Assembly (NCBI GenBank): GCA_963921275.4
Contig: OZ001293.3
Span: 288,001 to 352,000, forward strand
From: an uncultured Hormoscilla sp.
GTDB lineage: Bacteria; Cyanobacteriota; Cyanobacteriia; Cyanobacteriales; Desertifilaceae
DNA: 64,000 nt
Reading direction: 5' to 3'
Within the stretch, counting starts at the first letter, position 1. Each line of letters starts with the position of its first letter. Below the pieces are notes generated by a model. That model was not told the origin of the DNA and searched no databases. It was given only the letters and a program-made list of their open reading frames with translations. Of the stretch, positions 1 to 9,537 are shown one piece after another. A program made the translations under genes and the position numbers.

Positions 1-1767
1 ATGAATAAATTTGACTGGCAATTATGGAAGAAGTTTTTGGCGATCGCCAAACCATACTGGTTTTCAGAGGAAAAATGGGGTGCGCGGGGTATACTAGCGC
101 TGTTGCTGCTGCTGTCCTTATCAGTCAGCGGACTGAACGTGTTAATTAGCTTCGTCGGTCGCATATTCCAAAATGCCCTAGTGGAGAAAAACTCAGAAGA
201 ATTTTGGAAATATTTGTTTATCTATGCTGGAGTGTTCGTAGTCGGCACTCCCCTCGTGGTAATTTACCGCTATACCAGAGACAAGCTAGGGCTATACTGG
301 CGAGAATGGCTGACGAAAAGTTTCCTGAACAAATACCTGCAAAATAGAGCCTATTATGAAATTAATGCCACTAAGATCATTGACAACCCAGACCAGCGCA
401 TATCTCAGGATATAAGATCCTTTACGGTCACGAGTCTGGGATTTTTATTGGTAATTCTGAGTTCCCTCATAGATATGATTTCCTTTACTGGCATTCTCTG
501 GTCCATTTCTATTCCCCTGACTGTAGTCCTGGTGGGTTATTCTATCTTGGGCACGGTAGTAACGGTTTTGTTTGGTCGCAGACTGATCGGCCTAAACTTC
601 AATCAGCTGCGCAGAGAAGCAGACTTTCGCTATGGGTTAGTTCACGTGCGCGATCATGCAGAGGCGATCGCCTTCTATCAGGGAGAAGAACAGGAAGGAA
701 TGCAGTTGAAGTCGAAATTTAAAGAAGTAATCAGCAACTTTAACGCCCTGATCGGTTGGCAGCGAAATCTAGATTTTTTCACCACAGCCTACGGCTATTT
801 TATCATCATATTACCATCAGTAGTAGTAGCCCCGATGTACTTTGCCGGGGAAATAGATTTTGGGGCCATAAGTCAAGCAGGTTTTGCCTTCTATCAGGTG
901 TTAGGGGCCCTATCGATCGTAGTCAATCAGTTTGAACAAATAAGTGCCTTTGCTGCCGGGATAAATCGGTTATCAGTGTTTACAGATACCCTGGAAGCAC
1001 AAACAGCACGGAAGCAGATAGAGAGGACAATAGACCTGCAAGAATATTCTCAGTTGTCCCTGGAACATATAACCCTAGAAACGCCGAACCACAAAACTCT
1101 AGTTGCAGACCTGTCGGTGGAGGTGCCAGAGGGCACGGGGATGTTGATTGTCGGTCACAGTGGTGTCGGTAAGAGTTCCTTGCTGCGGGCGATCGCGGGT
1201 TTATGGAACAGTGGGACGGGACGGTTAGTGCGACCCCCCTTAGATGAAATCCTATTTTTGCCCCAGCGCCCTTACATGATCTTAGGAACTCTGCGGGACC
1301 AACTGCTTTACCCTCAAACCGATCGCCATGTCAGCCAGCAGCAATTATGGTGGTTTGTCACGCCCTTAAACCAACTGCTTTACCCTCAAACCGATCGCCA
1401 TGTCACGGACGCGAAACTACAAGCAGTGTTAGAACGAGTGAACTTAGCAGACTTAGCAGAAAGATTGGGAGGATTTGATACTGAGTTAGACTGGGATGAC
1501 GTACTTTCCTTGGGGGAACAACAGCGCCTGGCCTTCGCACGACTGCTGCTGACCAAGGCCCCCTATGCTATTTTGGATGAAGCGACTAGTGCTCTGGATT
1601 TGCAAAACGAAGCCTCACTATACCAGCAGCTGCAAGAGTCGGCCACAACATATATTAGTGTCGGTCACCGTGCTAGCTTGTTAAAGTATCATCAGCTAGT
1701 CCTGGAACTAGAGGGCGATCGGGGATGGCGGGTGATGTCAGCGGCAGAATACGATCCGGGTTCGTAG
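1..1767 (+). CDS. ABC transporter fused permease/ATPase (ABCD/YddA/SbmA-like family)
   Basis: N-terminal TM domain with DNPDQRI and EADFR motifs, Walker A GHSGVGKS, LSLGEQQR signature, ILDEATSALD; carries a 72-bp in-frame insertion. Confidence 0.9.
   Translation: MNKFDWQLWKKFLAIAKPYWFSEEKWGARGILALLLLLSLSVSGLNVLISFVGRIFQNALVEKNSEEFWKYLFIYAGVFVVGTPLVVIYRYTRDKLGLYWREWLTKSFLNKYLQNRAYYEINATKIIDNPDQRISQDIRSFTVTSLGFLLVILSSLIDMISFTGILWSISIPLTVVLVGYSILGTVVTVLFGRRLIGLNFNQLRREADFRYGLVHVRDHAEAIAFYQGEEQEGMQLKSKFKEVISNFNALIGWQRNLDFFTTAYGYFIIILPSVVVAPMYFAGEIDFGAISQAGFAFYQVLGALSIVVNQFEQISAFAAGINRLSVFTDTLEAQTARKQIERTIDLQEYSQLSLEHITLETPNHKTLVADLSVEVPEGTGMLIVGHSGVGKSSLLRAIAGLWNSGTGRLVRPPLDEILFLPQRPYMILGTLRDQLLYPQTDRHVSQQQLWWFVTPLNQLLYPQTDRHVTDAKLQAVLERVNLADLAERLGGFDTELDWDDVLSLGEQQRLAFARLLLTKAPYAILDEATSALDLQNEASLYQQLQESATTYISVGHRASLLKYHQLVLELEGDRGWRVMSAAEYDPGS
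1298..1405. repeat. 36-bp direct repeat - 36-bp unique insert - 36-bp direct repeat
   Basis: accaactgctttaccctcaaaccgatcgccatgtca at 1298-1333 and 1370-1405. Confidence 0.95.
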
Positions 1768-1918
1768 TAAGCACGAAGCGTGCTTCGGAGTTCTGGAGGG
1801 CGATCGCCCCTCCAACCCAAGCTAGACAAATAGGTTATTTCCGATTAATCGTTGTGGACATTTCCTCAAGGTTGGTTGATATCAGTGTAATTCCCAAAAG
1901 ATAAGGTAGAGACAAACC

Positions 1919-2359
1919 GTGGCAGCAAAGGATACTTTTCATGAAACAGTAAAATTAGCCTTGGAGAAAGAAGGATGGAGTATCACCAACGATCCTCTTT
2001 ACATTAATTTTGCTGAAGTTTAATTTTACATCGATTTGGGTGCAGAAATACTCCTGGCAGCAGAGAAAAACAAAGAAAAAATTGCCGTTGAAATAAAAAG
2101 TTTTCTTAATCCTTCCAGAATCTCTGAATTCCACACAGTCCTGGGACAGTACCTTAACTATCCCTTGGCCCTCAAAGCAGTAAATCCAGAGAGAGTCTTG
2201 TATTTAGCTATTCCTCTTGAAATTTACGATACCTTCTTTGCGCGTCGTTAGCGTAGCAGCGTAGCAGCGTAGCGTGTGCAAATGGTTATCCAAGAGTATC
2301 AAGTAAAATTGATTGTATTCGCTCCAGTCAATGAGGAAATTGTGCAATGGCAAAACTAG
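1919..2359 (+). pseudogene. xisH: XisH family protein, disrupted
   Basis: MAAKDTFHETVKLALEKEGW...IDLGAE..LAAEK..KIAVEIKSF...EEIVQWQN; in-frame TAA near 2021 and a gcgtagca-repeat insertion at about 2249-2275. Confidence 0.8.
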
Positions 2360-2676
2360 ATGAAGATCGGGAGATGATCCTAGAGATACTCACCGAATAT
2401 AGCAGTCACAAACCTGCCTATGGTGACGTAGAGGTAGAACTCATATTATATCCAGAAAGAGACCGCTATCTGCTTGTTCATGCAGGATGGAGTAATCGCC
2501 GTCGTATTTATGGTTGCACTATTCACATCGATCTTAAAGGTGATAAGATTTGGATTCAGAATGATGGTACAGAGGTGGTATTGCCAACGTCTTAGTCGAA
2601 CGTACCTCCGCAAGATATTGTTATTGCCTATAATGCACCCTATCTCAGGAAGTTTACAGATTTTGCTGTAGGTTAG
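2347..2676 (+). pseudogene. xisI: XisI family protein, frameshifted
   Basis: DRYLLVHAGW...IHIDLKGDKIWIQNDGTE, with the C-terminus PPQDIVIAYNAPYLRKFTDFAVG out of register; overlaps xisH. Confidence 0.8.
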
Positions 2677-2762
2677 GGAATTGTGAATTGAAAATTGTGA
2701 AAGGTAGATTGATTTATTCATGTCCTTTCCCTATTTTCGTCCCAGGCGCCAATCGCGCCTGG

Positions 2763-2850
2763 GAAGCACGCTTCGTGCTTACTACGAACCCCGAAGCACG
2801 CTTCGTGCTTACTACGAACCCCGAAGCACGCTTCGTGCTTACTACAAACG
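2763..2850. repeat. Three tandem 30-bp REP-like units
   Basis: gaagcacgcttcgtgcttactacgaacccc x3; palindrome next to ctac (GTAG on the - strand). Confidence 0.85.
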
Positions 2851-3612
2851 GAAATCAGCTATCCACCCCCGTTGCACAAACAATGGTAACAAAGAACCCA
2901 CATCAACTAGACTGGCCAGTTTTTCACAGACCACTTCAAATGCATAATTTTCTTGAAAAGCTTTCAGCAACTCCCATTCCTGTTCATTTGGTAAATCAAT
3001 GCGCATATCATAACCCTTTCGCCACAGAAATATTTTTATCCCACCCGACTCTAAACTCACCACCTCATCACCTTGATAATCAGATTGATTAACTTGCCAA
3101 ATACGATGGATAGGATAAGCTGACTCGATCAGCACCGCATTTTTCGGTAAATAGAAAATTAACTCTCCCCATTTTTCCTGGGGAACTTCACCCAATCTCT
3201 GGAAATCTAACTCCCTTGTATCCTCACCACAAAAAACTCGATGCCAATGCCACTCTAAACGGGCCACATCTGGCAGATAGGGTAAATCTGCTACCGGTTC
3301 AAAGTTAGCTAGAAAATCGGGAAACTGTTCCCCATAATCTCCTAAGTCTGGTGACAAGCAAGGAAACCGATCGATAAATTTGACTGCCGTGGCCTCAAAA
3401 AACTTTTCCCCCACCAACTGACGGCAAACTGGGTAAGTTGACATTAATGTTTTACTCAGATTACCAATCACATTACCTCGGTAAACTGCTAAACTTTCTA
3501 CAGCTGTTAAATTCTGGGGTGCTTTGATATGTTTGCTTAATTCCTCTATGCTAGCCGCATCTCTTTGGCATACAGCCCGGTAAAATAAATTTTGCAGCCC
3601 GATCGCATCCAT
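2842..3612 (-). CDS. DUF2063 / BufC-HvfC-like MNIO partner protein
   Basis: LAVYRGNV..L..TYPVCRQLVGEKFF, YGEQFPDFL, YLPDVARLEW motifs; downstream of DUF692. Confidence 0.85.
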   Translation of the reverse strand: MDAIGLQNLFYRAVCQRDAASIEELSKHIKAPQNLTAVESLAVYRGNVIGNLSKTLMSTYPVCRQLVGEKFFEATAVKFIDRFPCLSPDLGDYGEQFPDFLANFEPVADLPYLPDVARLEWHWHRVFCGEDTRELDFQRLGEVPQEKWGELIFYLPKNAVLIESAYPIHRIWQVNQSDYQGDEVVSLESGGIKIFLWRKGYDMRIDLPNEQEWELLKAFQENYAFEVVCEKLASLVDVGSLLPLFVQRGWIADFRL

Positions 3613-3631
3613 TACCCCACCTCTTTTAATA

Positions 3632-4643
3632 ACCTAAGTTGCGACCTATTAAAAAAAATATGAATTACCCACTTAGACTTTACAGATATTTAAGATATTT
3701 CGTAGCTTTTGATACAAAATTATATTTTTTTTGTGCTAGACGGCGGGTTGGCTGTTTATAGGTTATAATGTACTAAAATAATAGTTAATTGCTGGGGGAT
3801 GTAGATGATGGAAGATATGATTACAACAATTTTTGTTCTTTGTGACGAGCTACTAAAAGCGTTAAATATAAAAGAAGATCCACAAGTAAAAATGAACAAT
3901 GCCGAAGTGATGACAGTCGGATTAGTTGCTGCATATTTTTTCGGAGGACACCACGATCGCTCTTGTCAATTTATGGTCGAACACAAGTATATAAAAAATC
4001 TGTTAAGTAAAAGTAGGTTCAATCGTCGATTACACAATATTGAGGAACCAATTTGGATGTTTTTCTTCCAAGTTATAGCTCAAACATTTAAAGAGCTCAA
4101 TCCGGGTCAAGAATATATTCTTGATAGTTTCCCGGTGCCAGTATGTGATAATATTAGGATTGATAGATGCCAAATTTATAACAAGGAAGAATATCGAGAA
4201 TATATTGCCAGTAAAAAACGTTATTTTTATGGATTAAGAGTTCATATGTTGGTAAACAAAAATGGAAAGCCAATAGAATTTTATCTAGATCCTGGTAGTT
4301 ATAATGATGTTAAAGTTTTGCAATCTTTTGGCTTTGACTTACCATCAAATTCAATAGTTTATGGAGATAAAGCTTATAATGATTATCAATTAGAGGATTT
4401 ACTAAAAGAGTCGTCAAGTATAATGTTAAAACCTTTGCGAAAAAAGAACTCAAAAAGAAAAGAATATTCTTGTTTTGAATATATACAAAAAGTAACAAGA
4501 AAACAAGTTGAAACCTGTTTTAGTCGAATCACCAATTTGTTTCCCAAGTCAATTCATGCTGTTACATCTAAGGGATTAGAGTTAAAAATAATTCTCTTTA
4601 TCATAGCTTTTTGTATCCAATTTTTATAGGTCGCAACTTGAGT
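3632..4643 (+). mobile_element. IS982-family insertion sequence
   Basis: TIRs acctaagttgcgacctat (3632-3649) and ataggtcgcaacttgagt (4626-4643); 7-bp TSD tttaata (3625-3631, 4644-4650). Confidence 0.9.
3805..4629 (+). CDS. IS982-family transposase
   Basis: SKSRFNRRL, ILDSFPVPVCDNIRI, KKRYFYGLRVH, YGDKAY, RKQVET motifs. Confidence 0.9.
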   Translation: MMEDMITTIFVLCDELLKALNIKEDPQVKMNNAEVMTVGLVAAYFFGGHHDRSCQFMVEHKYIKNLLSKSRFNRRLHNIEEPIWMFFFQVIAQTFKELNPGQEYILDSFPVPVCDNIRIDRCQIYNKEEYREYIASKKRYFYGLRVHMLVNKNGKPIEFYLDPGSYNDVKVLQSFGFDLPSNSIVYGDKAYNDYQLEDLLKESSSIMLKPLRKKNSKRKEYSCFEYIQKVTRKQVETCFSRITNLFPKSIHAVTSKGLELKIILFIIAFCIQFL

Positions 4644-5494
4644 TTTAATAACTTCTCCGCCTTAAAAGCTTCGGCCATTAATACTTCCCAACTGGGAATA
4701 TCAGCATCCCACTCGATCAAAGTCGCTACAGCACCAAACCTTGCTAATGCAGCTTGATATAATTCCCAAACTGGCGGATGCACGGGATAACCGTGAGTAT
4801 CCAATAGATAATTTTCCCGTTCCTCGTAACCCGCTAAGTGCATCTCTTTCACTCGGGCTTTTGGGATATTATCCAGATACTTAAGGAGGTCAAATCCATT
4901 ATTTATTGCATTTACATAAACATTATTAATATATAGCAGCAAGTAACAGTCAGCTTTTTTAACTAATCCCTGGATAAACTCCCATTCTGGCATAGTTGCA
5001 TCTGTAAAACTTAGATAGGGAGAAGGATTTTCAATCAATATTTGCCTCCCTAAAAATTCCTGGACCTGCAAGATGCGATCGGCCACATGTTCCATTACCT
5101 TTTCTGTATAAATCAGAGGAATCAAATCATTCATGTAGTGACCGTTAACCGATATCCAAGATAGATGATCGGAAATCAAATCTGGTTCAACTCTTGCTGC
5201 TAATTTTTTTAAGCGAGTTAAATAATCGAAATTCAATGGGTCTGTTGAACCCAGAGACATTCCTACCCCATGTAAGCTAATGGGATAGTCCTGGCGAATC
5301 TTTTCTAAATAGAATAATGGCAAACCACCTGCACAGAAATAGTTATCTGATATCACCTCAAACCAATTTACTTCTGGTTTCTTCGTAATGATATCTTGAT
5401 AATGGCGTGATCGTAAACCAATTCCAGCACCTTTAATTGCTGTTGGTAGTTGCCCCTTTTGGCATACTTCTAAGGATTGCATGTCAGTTTTCAT
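4601..5494 (-). CDS. DUF692 multinuclear non-heme iron oxidative enzyme (BufB/MNIO); C-terminus altered by IS
   Basis: GIGLR..HY, WFEVISDNY, SLHGVGMSLGS, ISDHLSW, LIENPS, EMHLAG, DTHG, TLIEWD motifs. Confidence 0.92.
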   Translation of the reverse strand: MKTDMQSLEVCQKGQLPTAIKGAGIGLRSRHYQDIITKKPEVNWFEVISDNYFCAGGLPLFYLEKIRQDYPISLHGVGMSLGSTDPLNFDYLTRLKKLAARVEPDLISDHLSWISVNGHYMNDLIPLIYTEKVMEHVADRILQVQEFLGRQILIENPSPYLSFTDATMPEWEFIQGLVKKADCYLLLYINNVYVNAINNGFDLLKYLDNIPKARVKEMHLAGYEERENYLLDTHGYPVHPPVWELYQAALARFGAVATLIEWDADIPSWEVLMAEAFKAEKLLKLKLRPIKIGYKKL

Positions 5495-5719
5495 CTATCA
5501 TGGAAAATATTTATAGCATTAGTGAAGAAGGATCTGACGATCTTGATTATCCTCAAATCCTTCTTACACGCTACGCTATTTTTTACTTAATTTTTGCTGC
5601 ACAATGGGATGATAGGAATAGTTGGCAGTCGTTTTCAACTTAGACTACAAGCCATTTTCAGCTATGTGCCCAAAATATCCCCCAACGCCAATTTTCGATC
5701 CGGGGATCTGGTAATCTGA

Positions 5720-5992
5720 TTACCTGAGGACTCTTCCACCTACAATCTTAGCGCAAGTGCCTCGCGGAAGCTCAATCCACTCGTTAGGATCGCCACTTGT
5801 TGTAGCCATACCTGCGCAGTCATGGCCATTCGCCCCACAATCATTCTTGCCAGCTAGAACGATACCACCACATTTTTCATACCCTCGCTTGAGAGCCTGG
5901 GCTTCCTGATTATTAGCTACAGCAGCAATCCCAACAGCTAGTACACCTGTTAATGCAGTAGCCACTACTGCTTTGGGAGTTACATTTTTCAT
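5720..5992 (-). CDS. Bufferin-type (BufA1/DUF2282) signal-peptide precursor
   Basis: Signal peptide ending AQA, then [14 protein letters not shown]...HDCAG...[19 protein letters not shown] with four Cys. Confidence 0.85.
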   Translation of the reverse strand: MKNVTPKAVVATALTGVLAVGIAAVANNQEAQALKRGYEKCGGIVLAGKNDCGANGHDCAGMATTSGDPNEWIELPRGTCAKIVGGRVLR

Positions 5993-6418
5993 CGTCTTCT
6001 CTGCTCCAGTTCAATTTTGTTCCATCCACAGTTTTGATGATCTCTAATCAATATGAAGATTGGCTTTGCTCAATCTGAGAATAACCTGAGAAACCCGTAA
6101 AAAATCGGTAAAGCTTTAATTTATATACCGGTAGTGGCCGATCCCCCCCCAACCCCCTTTTTGACTCCGGCTGAGACTATTTTCACCGGATGACAATTTA
6201 GCGGGTAGCTACCGGCGCTCTGAGTCTGTCTGTACCTTATCCGGAGGCAAGCACTAAACTGCGTACTACGAACAGCGCCGGGGATAATCAAGAGCACCGC
6301 CGGCAAGACACACTTTACGGCTTACTACAAACAAAATTTTTCCTTAATGCCTAAAAACAGTTTACATGAGAGTGTAGGATGTTACAATTATAAATTGTGA
6401 GTTTTGAGGCCAGAACAG

Positions 6419-6781
6419 ATGCACGCACAAGAGGCGATCCGCTTCCTAGAAGCGGAACAGATGAAGGAAAAGTTGCCCCAGATATACATAGGGGACACCG
6501 TCAGAGTAGGGGTGCGGATCCGGGAAGGAGGTAAAGAAAGAACCCAACCCTATGAAGGAACGGTGATCGCTAAGCGTAATGCCGGCATAAACGAGACCAT
6601 TACAGTGCGCCGCATATTCCAAGGTGTCGGTGTAGAACGGGTGTTCTTGCTGCATTCTCCCCGGATAAAAAGCATCAAAGTGGTGCGTCGCGGCAAGGCC
6701 CGCCGGGCCAAACTGTACTATTTGCGCTCGCGGGTAGGCAAGGGAACCCGCCTGAAGCAACGGTTTGACCGCCCTTTGTAA
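6419..6781 (+). CDS. rplS: 50S ribosomal protein L19
   Basis: [23 protein letters not shown]...GVGVERVF...RRAKLYYLR. Confidence 0.98.
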   Translation: MHAQEAIRFLEAEQMKEKLPQIYIGDTVRVGVRIREGGKERTQPYEGTVIAKRNAGINETITVRRIFQGVGVERVFLLHSPRIKSIKVVRRGKARRAKLYYLRSRVGKGTRLKQRFDRPL

Positions 6782-6807
6782 AATGGTGAAAAAAATCCCA
6801 AAAAAAG

Positions 6808-6837
6808 TTGACATTGCTCGTGCGTCCGATATAGAAT
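6808..6837 (+). promoter_or_regulatory. sigma70-type promoter for tRNA-Trp
   Basis: TTGACA-N18-TAGAAT about 37 bp upstream of the tRNA. Confidence 0.6.
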
Positions 6838-6873
6838 AGCTCAAGAGAGCTACAACGCTTCAATTTCACCTTG

Positions 6874-6946
6874 GCGCTCTTAGTTCAGCTGGTAGAACGC
6901 AGGTCTCCAAAACCTGATGTCGGGGGTTCAAATCCTCCAGGGCGCG
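6874..6946 (+). tRNA. trnW: tRNA-Trp (CCA)
   Basis: Cloverleaf with acceptor gcgctct/agggcgc, anticodon arm caggt-ctCCAaa-acctg, T-loop ggttcaaatcc; position between rplS and secE. Confidence 0.97.
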
Positions 6947-7199
6947 CTGAATCATGCTTCGGTATCTCCTGGGAGCGCATATCGCACTACCCAGGAGACA
7001 CCGCCCAAGTTGTGCTGGTTTCCCGGATAGCCAATAGCCCGGTATGACAGGGAACCGGCGCTGGCAGGTGGTACAGATCGATGGTCTCGGGTAGACTTGA
7101 GAAGATGAGACCGTGCATCAAGTTAAGACCGGCGGAAACGAGCGGAGAGATAAACTTGCCGCTCGGGCAACTGTGTAGCGTGAAAAGGGGAAGGTAGCT

Positions 7200-7418
7200 G
7201 TGGCGAAAAACAAAGCAGTGCCAGAAAAAACAGAAGGCTTTAACCCAGTCAAGTTTTTTCAAGGCACTAAAGAAGAATTAGAGAAAGTAGTTTGGCCCAG
7301 TCGGCAACAGCTGATTAGCGAATCAGTGGCTGTGATGTCGATGGTAGCTCTTTCAGCACTGCTGATCTATGCAGTGGATAATTTGTTTGGTTGGTTAGCA
7401 GGGCAGGTGTTTGGATGA
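7200..7418 (+). CDS. secE: Preprotein translocase subunit SecE
   Basis: KEELEKVVWPSRQQL plus TM helix; synteny. Confidence 0.95.
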   Translation: MAKNKAVPEKTEGFNPVKFFQGTKEELEKVVWPSRQQLISESVAVMSMVALSALLIYAVDNLFGWLAGQVFG

Positions 7419-8071
7419 ATTTGGGATCGTCAGAGGAAGACCGCCGTTCCACGGAAACGGAAGATATGGCAGAACTCCTGAATGAACTCCCAGAGTTGGA
7501 AGTCGGCCAGGAAAAATCTTGTTGGTATGCAGTGCAGGTAGCCTCAGGCTGCGAAAAGCGGGTGAAGGCCAACCTGGAACAGCGGGTGCAAACCCTAAAT
7601 GTGGCCAACAGGATATTGCAAGTGGCGATTCCCGAAAAATCATCCCTCCAGTTCCGCAGGGGAGGAAAACCGCAGCAAACGACGGAAAAGGTATTTCCAG
7701 GGTATGTTCTGATCCGAATGTCGATGGACGATGAAACCTGGCTAGTGGTAAAGAGCACTCCCCACGTGATTAACTTTGTCGGGGCGGAGCAAAAACGCCG
7801 CTATGGTAGGGGACGAGGACATGTTAAGCCATTGCCTCTGAGTAAGAATGAGGTAGAAAGGATCTTCAGACAAACAGAGTCAGAACAGCCGGAGGTCAAA
7901 ATCGACATGGCAGTCGGGGATAAAATCCTGGTGCTGTCAGGCCCCTTCAAAGATTTTGAAGGGGAAGTCATAGAAGTAAGTCCGGAACGCAGCAAGCTGA
8001 AGGCCCTACTTTCGATCTTTGGACGGGATACCCCCGTAGAATTGGAGTTTGGCCAGATACGAAAACAGTAA
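7415..8071 (+). CDS. nusG: Transcription termination/antitermination factor NusG
   Basis: WYAVQVASGCEKRVK, KVFPGYVL, KOW SGPFKDFEGEV, IFGRDTPVELEF; start codon uncertain. Confidence 0.97.
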   Translation: MNLGSSEEDRRSTETEDMAELLNELPELEVGQEKSCWYAVQVASGCEKRVKANLEQRVQTLNVANRILQVAIPEKSSLQFRRGGKPQQTTEKVFPGYVLIRMSMDDETWLVVKSTPHVINFVGAEQKRRYGRGRGHVKPLPLSKNEVERIFRQTESEQPEVKIDMAVGDKILVLSGPFKDFEGEVIEVSPERSKLKALLSIFGRDTPVELEFGQIRKQ

Positions 8072-8082
8072 CTCACAGATAG

Positions 8083-8508
8083 ATGGCGAAAAAAGCAGTG
8101 GCGATGATCAAGTTGGCTTTGCCAGCAGGCAAGGCTAACCCGGCACCACCGGTGGGCCCAGCGTTGGGTCAGCATGGGGTGAATATCATGATGTTCTGCA
8201 AGGAATATAATGCCAAAACGGCAGACCAGGCAGGCATGGTGATTCCAGTAGAAATTTCGGTCTATGAAGACCGTAGCTTTACCTTTGTACTCAAAACCCC
8301 GCCAGCATCGGTATTAATTCGCAAGGCGGCGGGCCTTGAAAAGGGTTCGGCAGAACCAAACAGAAAGAAAGTGGGCTCCTTAACTAAGGCGCAATTGCAA
8401 GAAATTGCCCAGAGGAAAATGCCAGACCTGAATGCTAATGATATTGGGGCAGCAATGAAAATGGTGGCAGGAACAGCTCAGAATATGGGCGTGAAAATAG
8501 AAGAGTAA
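8083..8508 (+). CDS. rplK: 50S ribosomal protein L11
   Basis: [30 protein letters not shown]. Confidence 0.99.
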   Translation: MAKKAVAMIKLALPAGKANPAPPVGPALGQHGVNIMMFCKEYNAKTADQAGMVIPVEISVYEDRSFTFVLKTPPASVLIRKAAGLEKGSAEPNRKKVGSLTKAQLQEIAQRKMPDLNANDIGAAMKMVAGTAQNMGVKIEE

Positions 8509-8537
8509 TCAGAAAAATATTAGGGGCAGAGAAAAAG

Positions 8538-9254
8538 ATGCCGAAAAAGCGATCGCGCCGGATGCGAGAACTGGAGAAAAAAGTAGAAGAACGCCTCTAC
8601 GAACCGCTAGAGGCCCTACAGCTGTTAAAAGAAACAGCAACAGCGAAATTTGCCGAATCAGTAGAAGTTCACGTGCGCTTGGGAATAGACCCCAAGTACA
8701 CGGACCAGCAGCTGCGGACAACGGTGGCGCTGCCGAATGGAACTGGTCAAACGGTCAGGGTAGCGGTGATTGCTAAAGGTGAAAAGGTGACGGAAGCATC
8801 GGCAGCAGGCGCGGATGTGGTAGGATCGGAAGAGCTGATTGAGGAAATCCAAAAAGGTCGGATGGACTTCGAGCGGGTGATTGCCACACCGGATATGATG
8901 AAGGAGGTGGCAAAACTGGGGCGGATTCTGGGCCCCCGTGGCTTGATGCCATCGCCTAAAGGCGGTACGGTAACTTTTGACGTGGCAAATGCGATTACGG
9001 AAGTAAAAGCTGGTAAACTGGAGTTTCGGGCCGATCGCACGGGCATTGTCCATATCCAGTTTGGCAAAGCATCGTTTTCCGCTGATGATTTGCTAGTAAA
9101 TCTGAAAGCCTTGCAGGAAACTATCGAACGCAATAAGCCTGCAGGTGCAAAGGGACGCTACTGGCGGACAATGTATGTAGCGGCGACCATGGGCCCCTCT
9201 ATTCAGATGGATATCAACGCCTTGCGGGATCTGAAAATAGCCGAAGCAGCATAA
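8538..9254 (+). CDS. rplA: 50S ribosomal protein L1
   Basis: [34 protein letters not shown]. Confidence 0.99.
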   Translation: MPKKRSRRMRELEKKVEERLYEPLEALQLLKETATAKFAESVEVHVRLGIDPKYTDQQLRTTVALPNGTGQTVRVAVIAKGEKVTEASAAGADVVGSEELIEEIQKGRMDFERVIATPDMMKEVAKLGRILGPRGLMPSPKGGTVTFDVANAITEVKAGKLEFRADRTGIVHIQFGKASFSADDLLVNLKALQETIERNKPAGAKGRYWRTMYVAATMGPSIQMDINALRDLKIAEAA

Positions 9255-9255
9255 T

Positions 9256-9373
9256 TGTTAGTGGTTAGTGGTTAGTGGTTGGTGGTTAGTGGACAACGAA
9301 CAACTGACAACGAACAACTGACAACAAACAACTGACAACGAATAACTGACAAGGTGGGTGATGCCCACCCTAC
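9256..9373. repeat. STRR-like short tandem repeats plus REP-like palindrome
   Basis: ttagtgg and aacaactgac-type tandem units; ggtgggtgatgcccaccctac. Confidence 0.75.
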
Positions 9374-9378
9374 AAACT

Positions 9379-9500
9379 CAACCAGAGACAGCAGGTGCTA
9401 ACAGCTTAATATCCTGCCGAGGTTGACTTCGGAAAACGGTTCCTGGTAAAAGGAACTATGGCTTTCCGATGTTACCCCGGCATGAAATGTCGGGGTTTTT
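9379..9500 (+). promoter_or_regulatory. Ribosomal protein L10 leader with terminator-like hairpin
   Basis: ccagagacagcaggtgc...ttaatatcctgccgagg motif upstream of rplJ; ccccggcat-gaa-atgtcgggg followed by a T-run. Confidence 0.75.
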
Positions 9501-9537
9501 CAGTTTGGAAGCATACCCCTTTAAGGAGGTGAGAGAT

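Noticed and set aside
2688..3092. ORFs with repeated EARFVLTTNP peptide
   Set aside because: Translation of the REP array, antisense to DUF2063; not a precursor peptide
6874..7003. tRNA-Trp as an integration site
   Set aside because: No integrase and no duplicated tRNA 3' end seen; rplS-trnW-secE synteny is intact
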